Shown here: positions 36,017 through 45,151 of the stretch, piece after piece
How the letters are laid out: every line of letters starts with the position of its first letter
How positions within the stretch are numbered: position 1 is the stretch's first letter
Source of the DNA: Terriglobia bacterium
GTDB lineage: Bacteria; Acidobacteriota; Terriglobia; Acidiferrales; UBA7541
Assembly (NCBI GenBank): GCA_041497605.1
Contig: JBGQGW010000001.1
Coordinates: 3,110 to 67,109 of the forward strand
Reading direction: 5' to 3'
Length of the DNA stretch: 64,000 nt
Position numbers and translations under genes: made by a program
The notes under the pieces: generated by a model
Seen by the model: only the letters and a program-made list of their open reading frames with translations
Databases searched by the model: none
Told to the model about the DNA's origin: nothing

Positions 36017-36790
36017 TTGAACGATAGCTTACAGCGGTTCTTGATGCAGGCATTTCCAGTGGGGCTGCGCGTGGCCGGAGTGATGACATTCGCGCCGTTT
36101 CTGGGAAGCACGGCGATTCCTGTGCGAATGAAGGTGCTGCTGACCCTGGCCATAACCGCCTTGCTGTTTCCAGTCGTCACGGTGCGCTCCGTGGCGATCA
36201 ATGCCAGCAATTTGGTTCAGATCGGCGCCAGCGAGGCGTTTCTCGGCTTAGCCATGGGGCTGATGATTCAATTTGTGTTTGAAGCAATGCAAATAGCCGG
36301 CCAGGTACTGGGGTTCCAGCTTGGGTTTTCTCTTGGCAACATTATTGACCCGCTGAGCCAGGTCGACACGCCGGTTCTCGCCGTATTTCATCAGACGATC
36401 GCACTGCTGATCTTTCTGCAACTCGATGTGCATCACTGGATTCTACGCGCCCTGACAAATAGCTTCGAGCTTTTGCCGGTGGGCACGGCTCATCTGACCT
36501 GGCCCCTACTCGAACAGTTCATGAAGGGCGCGGCATCCATGTGGATGATCGGGGTTCAAATCGCCGCACCGGTCCTATTGGCCACCTTGATGACGGATGT
36601 GGCGCTCAGTTTCCTGGGCAAGATATCGCCGCAACTTCCGGTGCTGCTCATCGGCACGCCGGCGAAAAGCTTGATTGGATATTCGATCTTGATTGGAGTG
36701 ATTGCTCTGTGGCCGACCATGCTGCAAACGCACTTTGCGAATGCGATTGCCTCGAGCGAAAGGTTCCTGCACCTGGCAGCGCAAAGGTAA
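36017..36790 (+). CDS. fliR: flagellar biosynthesis protein FliR
   Basis: 257 aa, polytopic, in the expected position after fliQ. It has a TTG start; an alternative ATG is at 36044. Confidence 0.85.
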   Translation: MNDSLQRFLMQAFPVGLRVAGVMTFAPFLGSTAIPVRMKVLLTLAITALLFPVVTVRSVAINASNLVQIGASEAFLGLAMGLMIQFVFEAMQIAGQVLGFQLGFSLGNIIDPLSQVDTPVLAVFHQTIALLIFLQLDVHHWILRALTNSFELLPVGTAHLTWPLLEQFMKGAASMWMIGVQIAAPVLLATLMTDVALSFLGKISPQLPVLLIGTPAKSLIGYSILIGVIALWPTMLQTHFANAIASSERFLHLAAQR

Positions 36791-36796
36791 CGGACG

Positions 36797-37894
36797 ATGG
36801 CATCGGATAAGACAGAGAAAGCTACACCGCGAAGGCGAGAGAAGGCCAAGGAAAAAGGCCAAGTCTTACGCAGCCGGGAACTCACATCATCGCTCAGCCT
36901 CTTGGCCACCATAATCTTCATGGGATGGCAACCGTTGGGATTCTTGACGCCGTGGCGCTCCCTGTTCGTCAGCGCTCTGGATGCCGCTTCGCGAAGTGAT
37001 TTGGGTTCTGCCTCACTGTTGCTGAGTTCGACAGTGCTGGTGGTGGCGCGCTGGGCTTTGCCGATTGTGGCGATCGCGTGGTCGGCATCTATCGCGCTTT
37101 CTTTTGCTCAGGGAGGCATCGTCTTCGCCCCGCAGGCGCTTACCCCGAATTTCAAGCGTCTCAATCCAATCACCAATCTAGGGAATGTTTTCTCGATCGC
37201 GGGATTCAGCAGACTGCTCAAATCGCTGGTTCCGTTCGGCGTGGTGCTTTATTACTCCGGCGGGATTTTGATCCGTGAATGGAGTCATGTTGTCCACGCT
37301 TCTTCGTTGCCGGTGCGTCCGTTCATGGCGTTTGCGTTCGGCCGTTTGTTCGAAATCGCGTGGAAGTCATGTTTCATCATGCTGTTGTGGTCGGGCATCG
37401 ATCACTTCCTGCAGCGCTGGCAACACGAAAAATCGATGAGGATGTCGAAGCAGGAAGTGAAACAGGAATCGAGAGATTCAGAAGGCAATCCGGAGATCCG
37501 CGTGCGGATCCGGCGCCTGCGCCGCGAATTGCGCCGCCGCTGGATGATCAAGGACGTTAAGAATGCCACGGTGGTGATCACGAATCCGAATCACTATGCC
37601 GTGGCGCTTCAGTATGAGCCGCAAAGCATGAAGGCTCCGCTGGTCATCGCCAAAGGGCAGAACCTGATCGCGCAGAAGATCAAACAATTCGCGCGCTGGA
37701 ACGAAATTCCCATCGTGGAAAACAAGCCACTGGCCCAGGCGCTTTATAAAACGGTGGAAGTGGGGCAGAGCATTCCAGGAAACCTGTACACGGGTGTCGC
37801 CGAAATTCTTGCTTTCGTGTATCGCGCCCAGGCGCGCATGCAGGCTCGCCCCGTACCGGCGTCAAGCAGGCCGCCCACGCCCGGTCCGCGTTGA
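36797..37894 (+). CDS. flhB: flagellar biosynthesis protein FlhB
   Basis: 365 aa: MASDKTEKATPRRREKAKEKGQVLRSRELTS...MSKQEVKQESRDSEGNPEIRVRIRR. The autocleavage site reads NPNH (37583..37594) instead of the usual NPTH. Followed by HYAVALQY...APLVIAKG. Confidence 0.95.
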   Translation: MASDKTEKATPRRREKAKEKGQVLRSRELTSSLSLLATIIFMGWQPLGFLTPWRSLFVSALDAASRSDLGSASLLLSSTVLVVARWALPIVAIAWSASIALSFAQGGIVFAPQALTPNFKRLNPITNLGNVFSIAGFSRLLKSLVPFGVVLYYSGGILIREWSHVVHASSLPVRPFMAFAFGRLFEIAWKSCFIMLLWSGIDHFLQRWQHEKSMRMSKQEVKQESRDSEGNPEIRVRIRRLRRELRRRWMIKDVKNATVVITNPNHYAVALQYEPQSMKAPLVIAKGQNLIAQKIKQFARWNEIPIVENKPLAQALYKTVEVGQSIPGNLYTGVAEILAFVYRAQARMQARPVPASSRPPTPGPR

Positions 37895-37897
37895 AAC

Positions 37898-39994
37898 GTG
37901 AAAGGAACTATCGAAACAATGCCAACTAGCGCTAATCCGGCTCCGCCAGCAGCGAAGATAAACTCGACGGTCGACTGGTTAATCCCGATCGTGGTTGTCG
38001 CCCTAGTGTTCGTGATGCTGGTGCCGGTGCCATCGATCGTGCTCGACCTGTTCCTGGCTACCAGCATGACGCTGGCAGTGTTGGTTCTGCTTACGTCTTT
38101 GTACTTGTTGAAGCCGGTGCAGTTCTCCGTGTTCCCGACGTTGCTGCTTTTCCTTACGCTTTTTCGTCTCTCGGTCAACATCGCCAGCAGCCGCCGGATT
38201 CTGCTGCACGGCAATGAAGGCGCGGGAGCGGCGGGCAAGGTGATCGAAGCGTTCGGGCAATTTGTTGTCGGCGGCAATTACGTTGTGGGGTTCGTCATCT
38301 TCCTGGCCCTGGTGGCGATCCAGTATTTGGTCATTAACCACGGCGCGGTCCGCACGGCCGAGGTGACGGCGCGTTTCACCCTGGATGCTTTGCCGGGCAA
38401 GCAGATGGCGATCGACGCCGACTTGAATGCCGGGATGATTGATGAAGTGCAAGCCCGAACGCGGCGTCAACAGATCACTCGCGAGGCGGAATTCTACGGC
38501 GCGATGGACGGCGCGGCGCGATTTAGCCAGCGAGATTCGATGGCCACCATCCTGATCACGGCCATCAATATCATTGCTGGATTTTTGATCGGAGTATTCC
38601 AACTGAACATTCCATTCCAGGAGGCGTTGAAAACCTATACGGTTCTAACGGTGGGCGATGGGCTGGTCACGTTGATTCCCTCGCTGCTGGTTTCGGTAGC
38701 CGGCGGATTAGTGGTCACGCGTGCCTCTTCGGAAAACACCGTCGGAGTGGATATCTCACGGCAGGTCTTCCAAAAGAAACGGCCGTTGCAGATCGCGGCA
38801 GGGGTGATGTTTCTTCTAGCTCTAATTCCCGGCTTGCCAAAGTTCTCTTTCTTCCTGCTGGCGGCAGTAACCGGCTGGTTGTCTACACGAGCTACTCAAC
38901 CTTTGACAGGAACGGAAGAAGCGGCAATCCCGCCTGCAGGTGCAAAGAAAACAACTCAACAGGAGCAACTGGAAAACCTTCTGAAGTTGGACGAGCTGAG
39001 CCTCGAAGTCGGTTATGGACTGGTTCCGTTGGTCGATGAGAGCCGCGGTGGGCAGCTTCTGCAGCGGATTCGGGCTCTCCGGCAGCACCTTGCGCAGCAA
39101 CTCGGTTTCCTGGTCCCTTCCATCCACATCACGGACCAGACGAGGCTGAAGCCTCGTGAATACGTGGTGAAGTTGCGCGGCGCTGAGGTGGCGCGTTGGG
39201 AGTTGCAGCAGGACTGCCTGCTGGCGATCAGCTCCGAACCCAATTCGCCGGCCATCCCAGGACTGGACACGCACGAACCGGCATTCGGCGCAACGGCCAA
39301 ATGGATCGCGCCGCAACTGCAGGAACAGGCGCTCGCCAATGGGTATGCCGTTGTGGATCACACCTCGGCACTGGCGACACATCTTGCGGAAGTGGTTCGC
39401 CAACATGCTCACGAACTTTTGACGAGGCAGGAAACGAAGCGACTGCTCGATGCTCTCGCCGAAGCACAACCGAAGCTGGTGGATGAGCTGACGCCCAAAC
39501 TGCTCAGTCTGGGTGAATTACAAAAGGTCCTGCAGCAACTGCTGCGCGAGCAGGTATCCATCCGCGACCTGCCCACGATCCTCGAAACATTAATCGATGC
39601 GGGCCAAGCCAACAAGAATGCGATTCATTTGGTCGAGATCGTGCGACAGGTCCTCGGACGTTCCGTGGTGCAGCCTCTTCTTCACGACGACGGGCGACTG
39701 CGTGTTCTTTCCCTCGATCCCACGATCGAGGATGAGCTGATGCAGGCTTTCGATCCACAAACGGCCGGGCGCGCGCGAACGGGGCAACCACAGTTCTTGC
39801 GCCGCTTGCTCGACGGCATCCGCAAAGTGGTCGGCGATAAGCTGGCCATGGAATCCACCATCGTCCTCTGCAGCAGCCCCGCGCGGTTTCATCTGCGGCG
39901 GTTGCTCGAGCCATTCATTCCGCGAATTGTTGTGCTCTCGCCCGCTGAAATTCCGCCGTCCGTGACGGTGCAGTCGGTTGGCGTTGTGCAATGA
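37898..39994 (+). CDS. flhA: flagellar biosynthesis protein FlhA
   Basis: 698 aa: FPTLLLFLTLFRLSVNIASSRRILL...VAIQYLVINHGAVRTAEVTARFTLDALPGKQMAIDADLNAG. The start is GTG 37898 or ATG 37919. Confidence 0.95.
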   Translation: MKGTIETMPTSANPAPPAAKINSTVDWLIPIVVVALVFVMLVPVPSIVLDLFLATSMTLAVLVLLTSLYLLKPVQFSVFPTLLLFLTLFRLSVNIASSRRILLHGNEGAGAAGKVIEAFGQFVVGGNYVVGFVIFLALVAIQYLVINHGAVRTAEVTARFTLDALPGKQMAIDADLNAGMIDEVQARTRRQQITREAEFYGAMDGAARFSQRDSMATILITAINIIAGFLIGVFQLNIPFQEALKTYTVLTVGDGLVTLIPSLLVSVAGGLVVTRASSENTVGVDISRQVFQKKRPLQIAAGVMFLLALIPGLPKFSFFLLAAVTGWLSTRATQPLTGTEEAAIPPAGAKKTTQQEQLENLLKLDELSLEVGYGLVPLVDESRGGQLLQRIRALRQHLAQQLGFLVPSIHITDQTRLKPREYVVKLRGAEVARWELQQDCLLAISSEPNSPAIPGLDTHEPAFGATAKWIAPQLQEQALANGYAVVDHTSALATHLAEVVRQHAHELLTRQETKRLLDALAEAQPKLVDELTPKLLSLGELQKVLQQLLREQVSIRDLPTILETLIDAGQANKNAIHLVEIVRQVLGRSVVQPLLHDDGRLRVLSLDPTIEDELMQAFDPQTAGRARTGQPQFLRRLLDGIRKVVGDKLAMESTIVLCSSPARFHLRRLLEPFIPRIVVLSPAEIPPSVTVQSVGVVQ

Positions 39995-40046
39995 AACCAC
40001 GGACGGGAGACAGAAAGTGAATCCTGAGAAAGGAAGCGCAAAAGAT

Positions 40047-40841
40047 ATGAACCCAGCCAAACATGCCTATCGCAAGGCTGCACAGTTCGAAGCGGTGGAA
40101 CGTGAAAAACTCGTGCTCGATCACCTTTCCCAGGTGCAATACATCGCACGCCGCATTCACGATCGCTTGCCGAAGCACGTCCCCCTGGATGACCTGATCC
40201 AGGCGGGCGTGCTGGGATTGATCGACGCCGTCGATCATTTCGACCCATCCAAGAATGTCCAGCTCAAGTCCTACGCCAAATTCCGGATTCAAGGCGCGAT
40301 TCTCGATAACTTGCGCACCATGGATTGGAGCCCGAGAGACCTGCGCCGGCAAGCGCGGCGAATCGAGGAAGTGCACCTGAAGTTGAAATCAGAATTACTT
40401 TGTGCACCAACCGACTCCGAAGTGGCGGCCGAAATGCATATCTCTCTGAACGAGTATCAGCAGCTACTGGGAGAATTGCGCGGACTTGACCTGGGAAGTT
40501 TACAGGAACAGATCGGCGAAGATGGCGAGGGGCAAGACATGCTCGCATTCCTCGCTAGCGATCCGGAAGAGGATCCTTATGCCATCTGCCATCGATCGGA
40601 AAGGAAGGCGCTCCTGTCGAAGACGATCAGTGAGTTAGATGATAAAGAGCGCCAGGTTCTCGCGTTGTATTACTTCGAGGAACTCACCATGAAGGAAGTG
40701 GGAGCGGTTCTTGGAGTAGGGGAATCCCGCGTTTCCCAAATCCATTCGGGAGCACTGATTCGAATCCGGGTCCGCATGAGGGAATTGTTGGATGAGCGAA
40801 TGCCGCAGGAGCAGATTGCTCCCCTGGCAGGAAAGGGCTAG
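40047..40841 (+). CDS. fliA: RNA polymerase sigma-28 factor FliA
   Basis: I re-called the start to the ATG at 40047, after GAAAGGAAG. Region 2: DLIQAGVLGLIDAVDHFDPSKNVQLKSYAKFRIQGAILD. Region 4: LTMKEVGAVLGVGESRVSQIHSGALIRIR. Confidence 0.9.
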   Translation: MNPAKHAYRKAAQFEAVEREKLVLDHLSQVQYIARRIHDRLPKHVPLDDLIQAGVLGLIDAVDHFDPSKNVQLKSYAKFRIQGAILDNLRTMDWSPRDLRRQARRIEEVHLKLKSELLCAPTDSEVAAEMHISLNEYQQLLGELRGLDLGSLQEQIGEDGEGQDMLAFLASDPEEDPYAICHRSERKALLSKTISELDDKERQVLALYYFEELTMKEVGAVLGVGESRVSQIHSGALIRIRVRMRELLDERMPQEQIAPLAGKG

Positions 40842-40852
40842 GGGATATACGC

Positions 40853-41842
40853 ATGGAGAAAATATTAAACCAGGATGAGATTGACGCTCTTTTTCACTCT
40901 TCCCAGGGCAGCAAAAGCGAAAGAGTAAGAGAAAGGCCGACGAGAAGGGTAACCCGCTGCGATTTTCGCCAGGCGGGGCAGATTAACAAGGATCAAGTCC
41001 GGGCCGTCTCGACTCTTCACGATACGTTTGCCGCGAACATCACGAATTCTCTCGCGGCCCATCTGCGCGTCGCCTTTGAAGTAAATCTTGTCTCCGTGGA
41101 GCAACTCAAGTACGCCGAGTTCCTCGGCCGAATGCCCGAGCTGACCTACTTGGCTTCGCTCGGCATTCAACCGCTGGAATCCAGCGGGCTCATGCAAATG
41201 GATCTTTCGCTGGCCTTTCCGATCATCGATCTTGTTCTGGGAGGGCTCGGGAAGGGCGGCGTTGATGATCGCGGAATCACCGATATTGAAGAGCAAATTC
41301 TGGAAAGCGTGGTCCGGGTGATTATCCGGGAGCTCGAGGCGACCTGGCAGACAGTTTTGGAAGTGGGATTTTCCTTTGACCGTAGGCAACTTGCGGCGCA
41401 GGTGTTCAGTTTGATGTCCCCGACCGAAAAAGTGCTGTCCCTCAGCTTTGAGATTCGCATGCCGGATGCGAGAGGCATGCTAAATGTTGCGTTCCCGGCG
41501 GTAGTTTCGAATGCATTGTTGCGAAAACTTTCCGCCCAATGGGTCGGGCCGAGACCGATCGGATCATCCTCCAGCCGGGAACAGATCCGGCAGCGGTTGT
41601 CGGATTGCCAATTCCGAGTGGAACTCAATCTGCCCACTACATTGGTTCCGATTCGTCAGTTGCTCACGCTGGAGAAAGGCAATGTGATCACACTGAAGCA
41701 ACGCGCCGGCGCTCCTGCCTGCTTGTCTGTGAGCTCAAAGGATATGTTCTTGGCATTCCCCGTGAGTTGCGGAACGCAGCGCGGGGCACGCGTGCAGCAG
41801 CCACTGTCGTTAGTAGATAAACAGCCGAAGGAGGCCAAATGA
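40853..41842 (+). CDS. fliM: flagellar motor switch protein FliM
   Basis: 329 aa. The N-terminal CheY-P binding peptide is ILNQDEIDALF. Then YDFRQ-like CDFRQAGQINKDQVRAV and the C-terminal SpoA-like part. Confidence 0.9.
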   Translation: MEKILNQDEIDALFHSSQGSKSERVRERPTRRVTRCDFRQAGQINKDQVRAVSTLHDTFAANITNSLAAHLRVAFEVNLVSVEQLKYAEFLGRMPELTYLASLGIQPLESSGLMQMDLSLAFPIIDLVLGGLGKGGVDDRGITDIEEQILESVVRVIIRELEATWQTVLEVGFSFDRRQLAAQVFSLMSPTEKVLSLSFEIRMPDARGMLNVAFPAVVSNALLRKLSAQWVGPRPIGSSSSREQIRQRLSDCQFRVELNLPTTLVPIRQLLTLEKGNVITLKQRAGAPACLSVSSKDMFLAFPVSCGTQRGARVQQPLSLVDKQPKEAK

Positions 41843-42771
41843 CCGACCAGGCTTCTCAGCCGCTGCCAGCCGAAGTTCAGGAGTTCCTGAATTTGTGGGC
41901 TGCCGGTTTTTCGCAAGTGCTCGAACAGGTGGGCGGCAATCCTTCCACGGCGAAGACGACTCCAGTGCTCGAAGAAGCCGGGAAGGATGAATCAAAGCCA
42001 GAGGTAACGGCGGGGGAGCAGTCTGCTGCTCCGACGGTTCGCACCCGATTTCTTGCGGGTGGATTGATTCGCGGTGAACTCGCTTTCACAACCGCGGATT
42101 TCCAAGCAGTTCAACTTGGGCAAATCCTGATGTCCGAACCGCTCGATCCCGCTATGTCATTTGACGAAGGCCATCGTGACGCCTATGCAGAGCTACTTCG
42201 GCAGGTGGCGGGTGCGGTGGCGACTTCCGTCAAAGCAAAATTCGGCGGCCCAATCGATTTTACTTATGCAGGAGTTGAGCCTTCCTCCTGGACCGCTGGG
42301 GCTCGCGCCGAGTTGAGCATTGTGATCCAGGGGGGGCTAGAGATTGATTTGAACGTGGAACTCGAAGGCGCCCTGGTAGAGACCATACGGAAGAAATCGG
42401 CGCCGGTGGCTCGAGCTGCGCCTGCAGCGGCGGCTGAGCCTGCCGGATTGCCGGTAGCTGCTCTAGAAGACGATGGGTCCATCGCATCTGTCATCCTCGA
42501 TGGGCATGGATCCAATCTGGATCTCCTGCTCGATGTGGAATTGGACGTCAGCATCCGCTTCGGGCAAAGGGAGATGCTATTGCGAGATGTGCTGGATTTA
42601 CGGACAGGGGCAGTCATCGAATTGGAGCGGGAGGTGGACGAGCCGGCGGAACTGCTGGTGGCGGGCCGGGTAGTGGCACATGGGGAAGTAGTGGTAGTCG
42701 ACGGAAGTTACGGCCTGCGGATTACGGAAATTCTCAGCCCGCTGGAAAGAATCAAGAGCGTAGCAGCCTAG
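41839..42771 (+). CDS. fliY: long FliN/FliY-type switch protein (N-terminal CheC-like-looking region + C-terminal SpoA domain)
   Basis: 310 aa. The C-terminus is LDLLLDVELDVSIRFGQREMLLRDVLDLRTGAVIELEREVDEPAELLVAGRVVAHGEVVVVDGSYGLRITEI. The N-terminal region contains EFLN and DAYAELLR stretches reminiscent of CheC/FliY ExxN helices. The start overlaps the fliM stop. Confidence 0.75.
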   Translation: MTDQASQPLPAEVQEFLNLWAAGFSQVLEQVGGNPSTAKTTPVLEEAGKDESKPEVTAGEQSAAPTVRTRFLAGGLIRGELAFTTADFQAVQLGQILMSEPLDPAMSFDEGHRDAYAELLRQVAGAVATSVKAKFGGPIDFTYAGVEPSSWTAGARAELSIVIQGGLEIDLNVELEGALVETIRKKSAPVARAAPAAAAEPAGLPVAALEDDGSIASVILDGHGSNLDLLLDVELDVSIRFGQREMLLRDVLDLRTGAVIELEREVDEPAELLVAGRVVAHGEVVVVDGSYGLRITEILSPLERIKSVAA

Positions 42772-42778
42772 GGAGAAT

Positions 42779-43666
42779 ATGAGCACAGCAGGCACAATAC
42801 AAATTCCGGAAGAAGTCTATCGTAAACCCAGGAAGCAATCCGGGCTGAGGAAGATGCTACCGCGATGCGAGAACGAGGATTGCAGTTCGCATGGCGCGTT
42901 GTGGCCGCGGCTGAAACGCTGGTCGGCTGGGATCCGCTTGCATGACCGGTGGTATTGCGGGGCGGAGTGTCTTGAACGAGCAGCCACGGAACTATTTACC
43001 GGATTGATCCATGCGGCGAGGCCAGCAAAGGTTAAAACGCACCGGATTCCTCTCGGATTGTTGCTGCTCTCCAAAGGCGTCATCAACGAGGAGCAACTCA
43101 AAACGGCTCTGCAGACGCAGCGCGAGGCCGGCAATGGCCGAATCGGGGAGTGGCTGCGCCGATTAAGCTACGCTTCAGAGCAGGACATCGCCGCAGGGGT
43201 AGCCGTGCAATGGGGTTGTCCGGTGTTTCCGCTGGAACGTGAACGAGGCTACATGGACTGCGCCCGTTTACTTCCGCTTCACCTACTCGAATCAGCGCGG
43301 ATGATACCCGTGTACATGTCACGAGATCGAAGTTTGGTTTATCTCGCTTTCTCCAACCGGATCGATCACACAACCATGTACGGGGTTGAAAGAATGCTGG
43401 AATGTAGAACCGTTCCATGTGTGGTCACCGATTCGTCGTTGGCTCATGCCCTCGACGAAATCCGCCAGATCACTCGGCCGAATCAAGTCTCCTTCGATAG
43501 CGACCGTAATCCGCAGGAAATGGCCCGAGCAACTCGGGGTTACGCCATGCAACTAGAAGCACACGAGATCCGGGTGGGAGGATTCGAGCGAGATGCCTGG
43601 GTGCGATTTTTCGGCGCTGGCCAGCCGCGCGACCTTCTGTTCCATCTTGCACCTGCAAACGCCTAA
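42779..43666 (+). CDS. Cys4 zinc-ribbon + MshEN-like (T2SSE_N) domain protein; candidate c-di-GMP receptor
   Basis: 295 aa. N-terminus: CENEDC-x25-CGAEC. Then RIPLGLLLLSKGVINEEQLKTALQTQ-REAGNG-RIGEWLRRLSYASEQDIAAGVAVQ, followed by CPVFPL...LPLHLLESARMIPVY...LVYLAF. This is the pattern of GspE/PilB N-terminal domains. No ATPase domain is present. Confidence 0.6.
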   Translation: MSTAGTIQIPEEVYRKPRKQSGLRKMLPRCENEDCSSHGALWPRLKRWSAGIRLHDRWYCGAECLERAATELFTGLIHAARPAKVKTHRIPLGLLLLSKGVINEEQLKTALQTQREAGNGRIGEWLRRLSYASEQDIAAGVAVQWGCPVFPLERERGYMDCARLLPLHLLESARMIPVYMSRDRSLVYLAFSNRIDHTTMYGVERMLECRTVPCVVTDSSLAHALDEIRQITRPNQVSFDSDRNPQEMARATRGYAMQLEAHEIRVGGFERDAWVRFFGAGQPRDLLFHLAPANA

Positions 43667-43771
43667 GCCGTTTAGATTCTCTGATTGGGAATGATCGCTC
43701 AGGACGAAACAATTAAAGAACTCACTCGTCGTGCCGATGAAATCTAAGCAGGCCATTTGGGTGAGAGCCTT

Positions 43772-44761
43772 ATGGATTTACTTCAACGGTCCGGGCGGAC
43801 CACGGCGATGAGCATCCGGACTCCACCTGAGGTTCAACAACGCAGAAAGCAAAGGTTGCTGGCGATCTTGGCCGAGGCACTGCCCACATTGCCTTGCTAC
43901 GTTTTCGAGTTGAACACGTTGCTGGGAGCATCGGTAGTGGATCTCAAGCGTGTTTGCAAGGTGATCCGCCGTGATCCAAGTCTCACTGCTCAGGTCATTC
44001 GGGTCTGCAACTCTGCTCTGTTCGGTTTGCGGCGCCGGATCTTTCGCGTGGAGGATGCCGCCATTTTGATGGGCATCGAAAGGCTTCGCACGATGGTGCT
44101 GACCTGTTCCTTGCTTGAATTCACCGGCGATTGGAGCGATGGAGAGAAAGTACGAGCGTATTGGCATCATTCTTTCCTGACGGCGATGCTGAGCGAACGA
44201 ATTGCCCGTTGGATCCGGCACGCGGAGCCGGAGCAGGCATATCTGGCTGGGCTTCTCCATGACGTGGGAAAGCTGCCGCTGATGATGGTTTTGGCCGAGG
44301 AAGGACCCGGCCGTCCAATCGTGCTGCCCACGAACAGCTCCGGGGAACTGGAACAGGAAAGGGAGTATTTTGGTTTGGATCATTGTGAAGTGGGGCGATG
44401 GATGGGGATTTCCTGGAATTTTTTCCCATGTCACATTGATGTGTTCGAATCCCATCATGCGCCCGAATCCGCGATGCACGATCCCACTCTGGTGGGAATC
44501 GTGGCGGCGGCGGATCATTTTTGCGAATCACGCGAGAAGTCTTGCGAGCAGGAAACCGCGGATGCGAAATCGGCCGCCGCGAAGGATGAAGAGGAGTTTA
44601 TCGGCCGCTGTTTGCCTGCTGTGAATGCAGACGAGCGGCAAAAAATCCTCCAGACGCTGGGAGTGGAATACATAAGTCTTCACAAGCTGTTCGAATCCTC
44701 TCAGGTGGGAAGCAAAGATCCCGTGGCAAAGGTTACTTCGATTTCCAGCAGGGGAGAGTGA
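43772..44761 (+). CDS. HDOD domain protein
   Basis: The tracked ORF starts at TTG 43757; I prefer the ATG at 43772. LPTLPCYVFELNTLLGASVVDLKRVCKVIRRDPSLTAQVIRVCNSALFGLRRRIFRVEDAAILMGIERLRTMVL...HHSFLTAMLSE...AYLAGLLHDVGKLPL. Confidence 0.8.
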   Translation: MDLLQRSGRTTAMSIRTPPEVQQRRKQRLLAILAEALPTLPCYVFELNTLLGASVVDLKRVCKVIRRDPSLTAQVIRVCNSALFGLRRRIFRVEDAAILMGIERLRTMVLTCSLLEFTGDWSDGEKVRAYWHHSFLTAMLSERIARWIRHAEPEQAYLAGLLHDVGKLPLMMVLAEEGPGRPIVLPTNSSGELEQEREYFGLDHCEVGRWMGISWNFFPCHIDVFESHHAPESAMHDPTLVGIVAAADHFCESREKSCEQETADAKSAAAKDEEEFIGRCLPAVNADERQKILQTLGVEYISLHKLFESSQVGSKDPVAKVTSISSRGE

Positions 44762-44764
44762 GCG

Positions 44765-45151
44765 ATGAAGAAAATATCGGTACTGATCATAGATGACTCC
44801 GCGGTGATGCGTAAGATCGTCGAGCGGTCGCTGCGCCAGGCAGGACTCGAACTGGTCAAGGTGCTCGAAGCCGGGAACGGTGTCGAAGCATTAGCCGCAC
44901 TCCGGCGAGAGAAGGTGGACCTTATCTTGAGCGACATCAACATGCCATCGATGGATGGGCTGGAATTTCTCAAGCAGCTGCCCACCATTGAATCCGCGAA
45001 GGGAGTTCCGGTGGTGATGATCACTACGGAAGGCAGCGAATCCCGAGTGGTGGAAGCAATTTCGGCAGGCGCAAGCGGTTATATCCGCAAGCCCTTTACA
45101 CCCGACCAGGTGAAAGAGCGGGTGGCATCTCTTGTGGAGGGCTTAGAATGA
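44765..45151 (+). CDS. cheY: chemotaxis response regulator CheY (single REC domain)
   Basis: 128 aa: VLIIDDSAVMRKIV...DLILSDINMPSMDGLEFLK...PVVMITTEG...GASGYIRKPFT. Confidence 0.9.
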   Translation: MKKISVLIIDDSAVMRKIVERSLRQAGLELVKVLEAGNGVEALAALRREKVDLILSDINMPSMDGLEFLKQLPTIESAKGVPVVMITTEGSESRVVEAISAGASGYIRKPFTPDQVKERVASLVEGLE

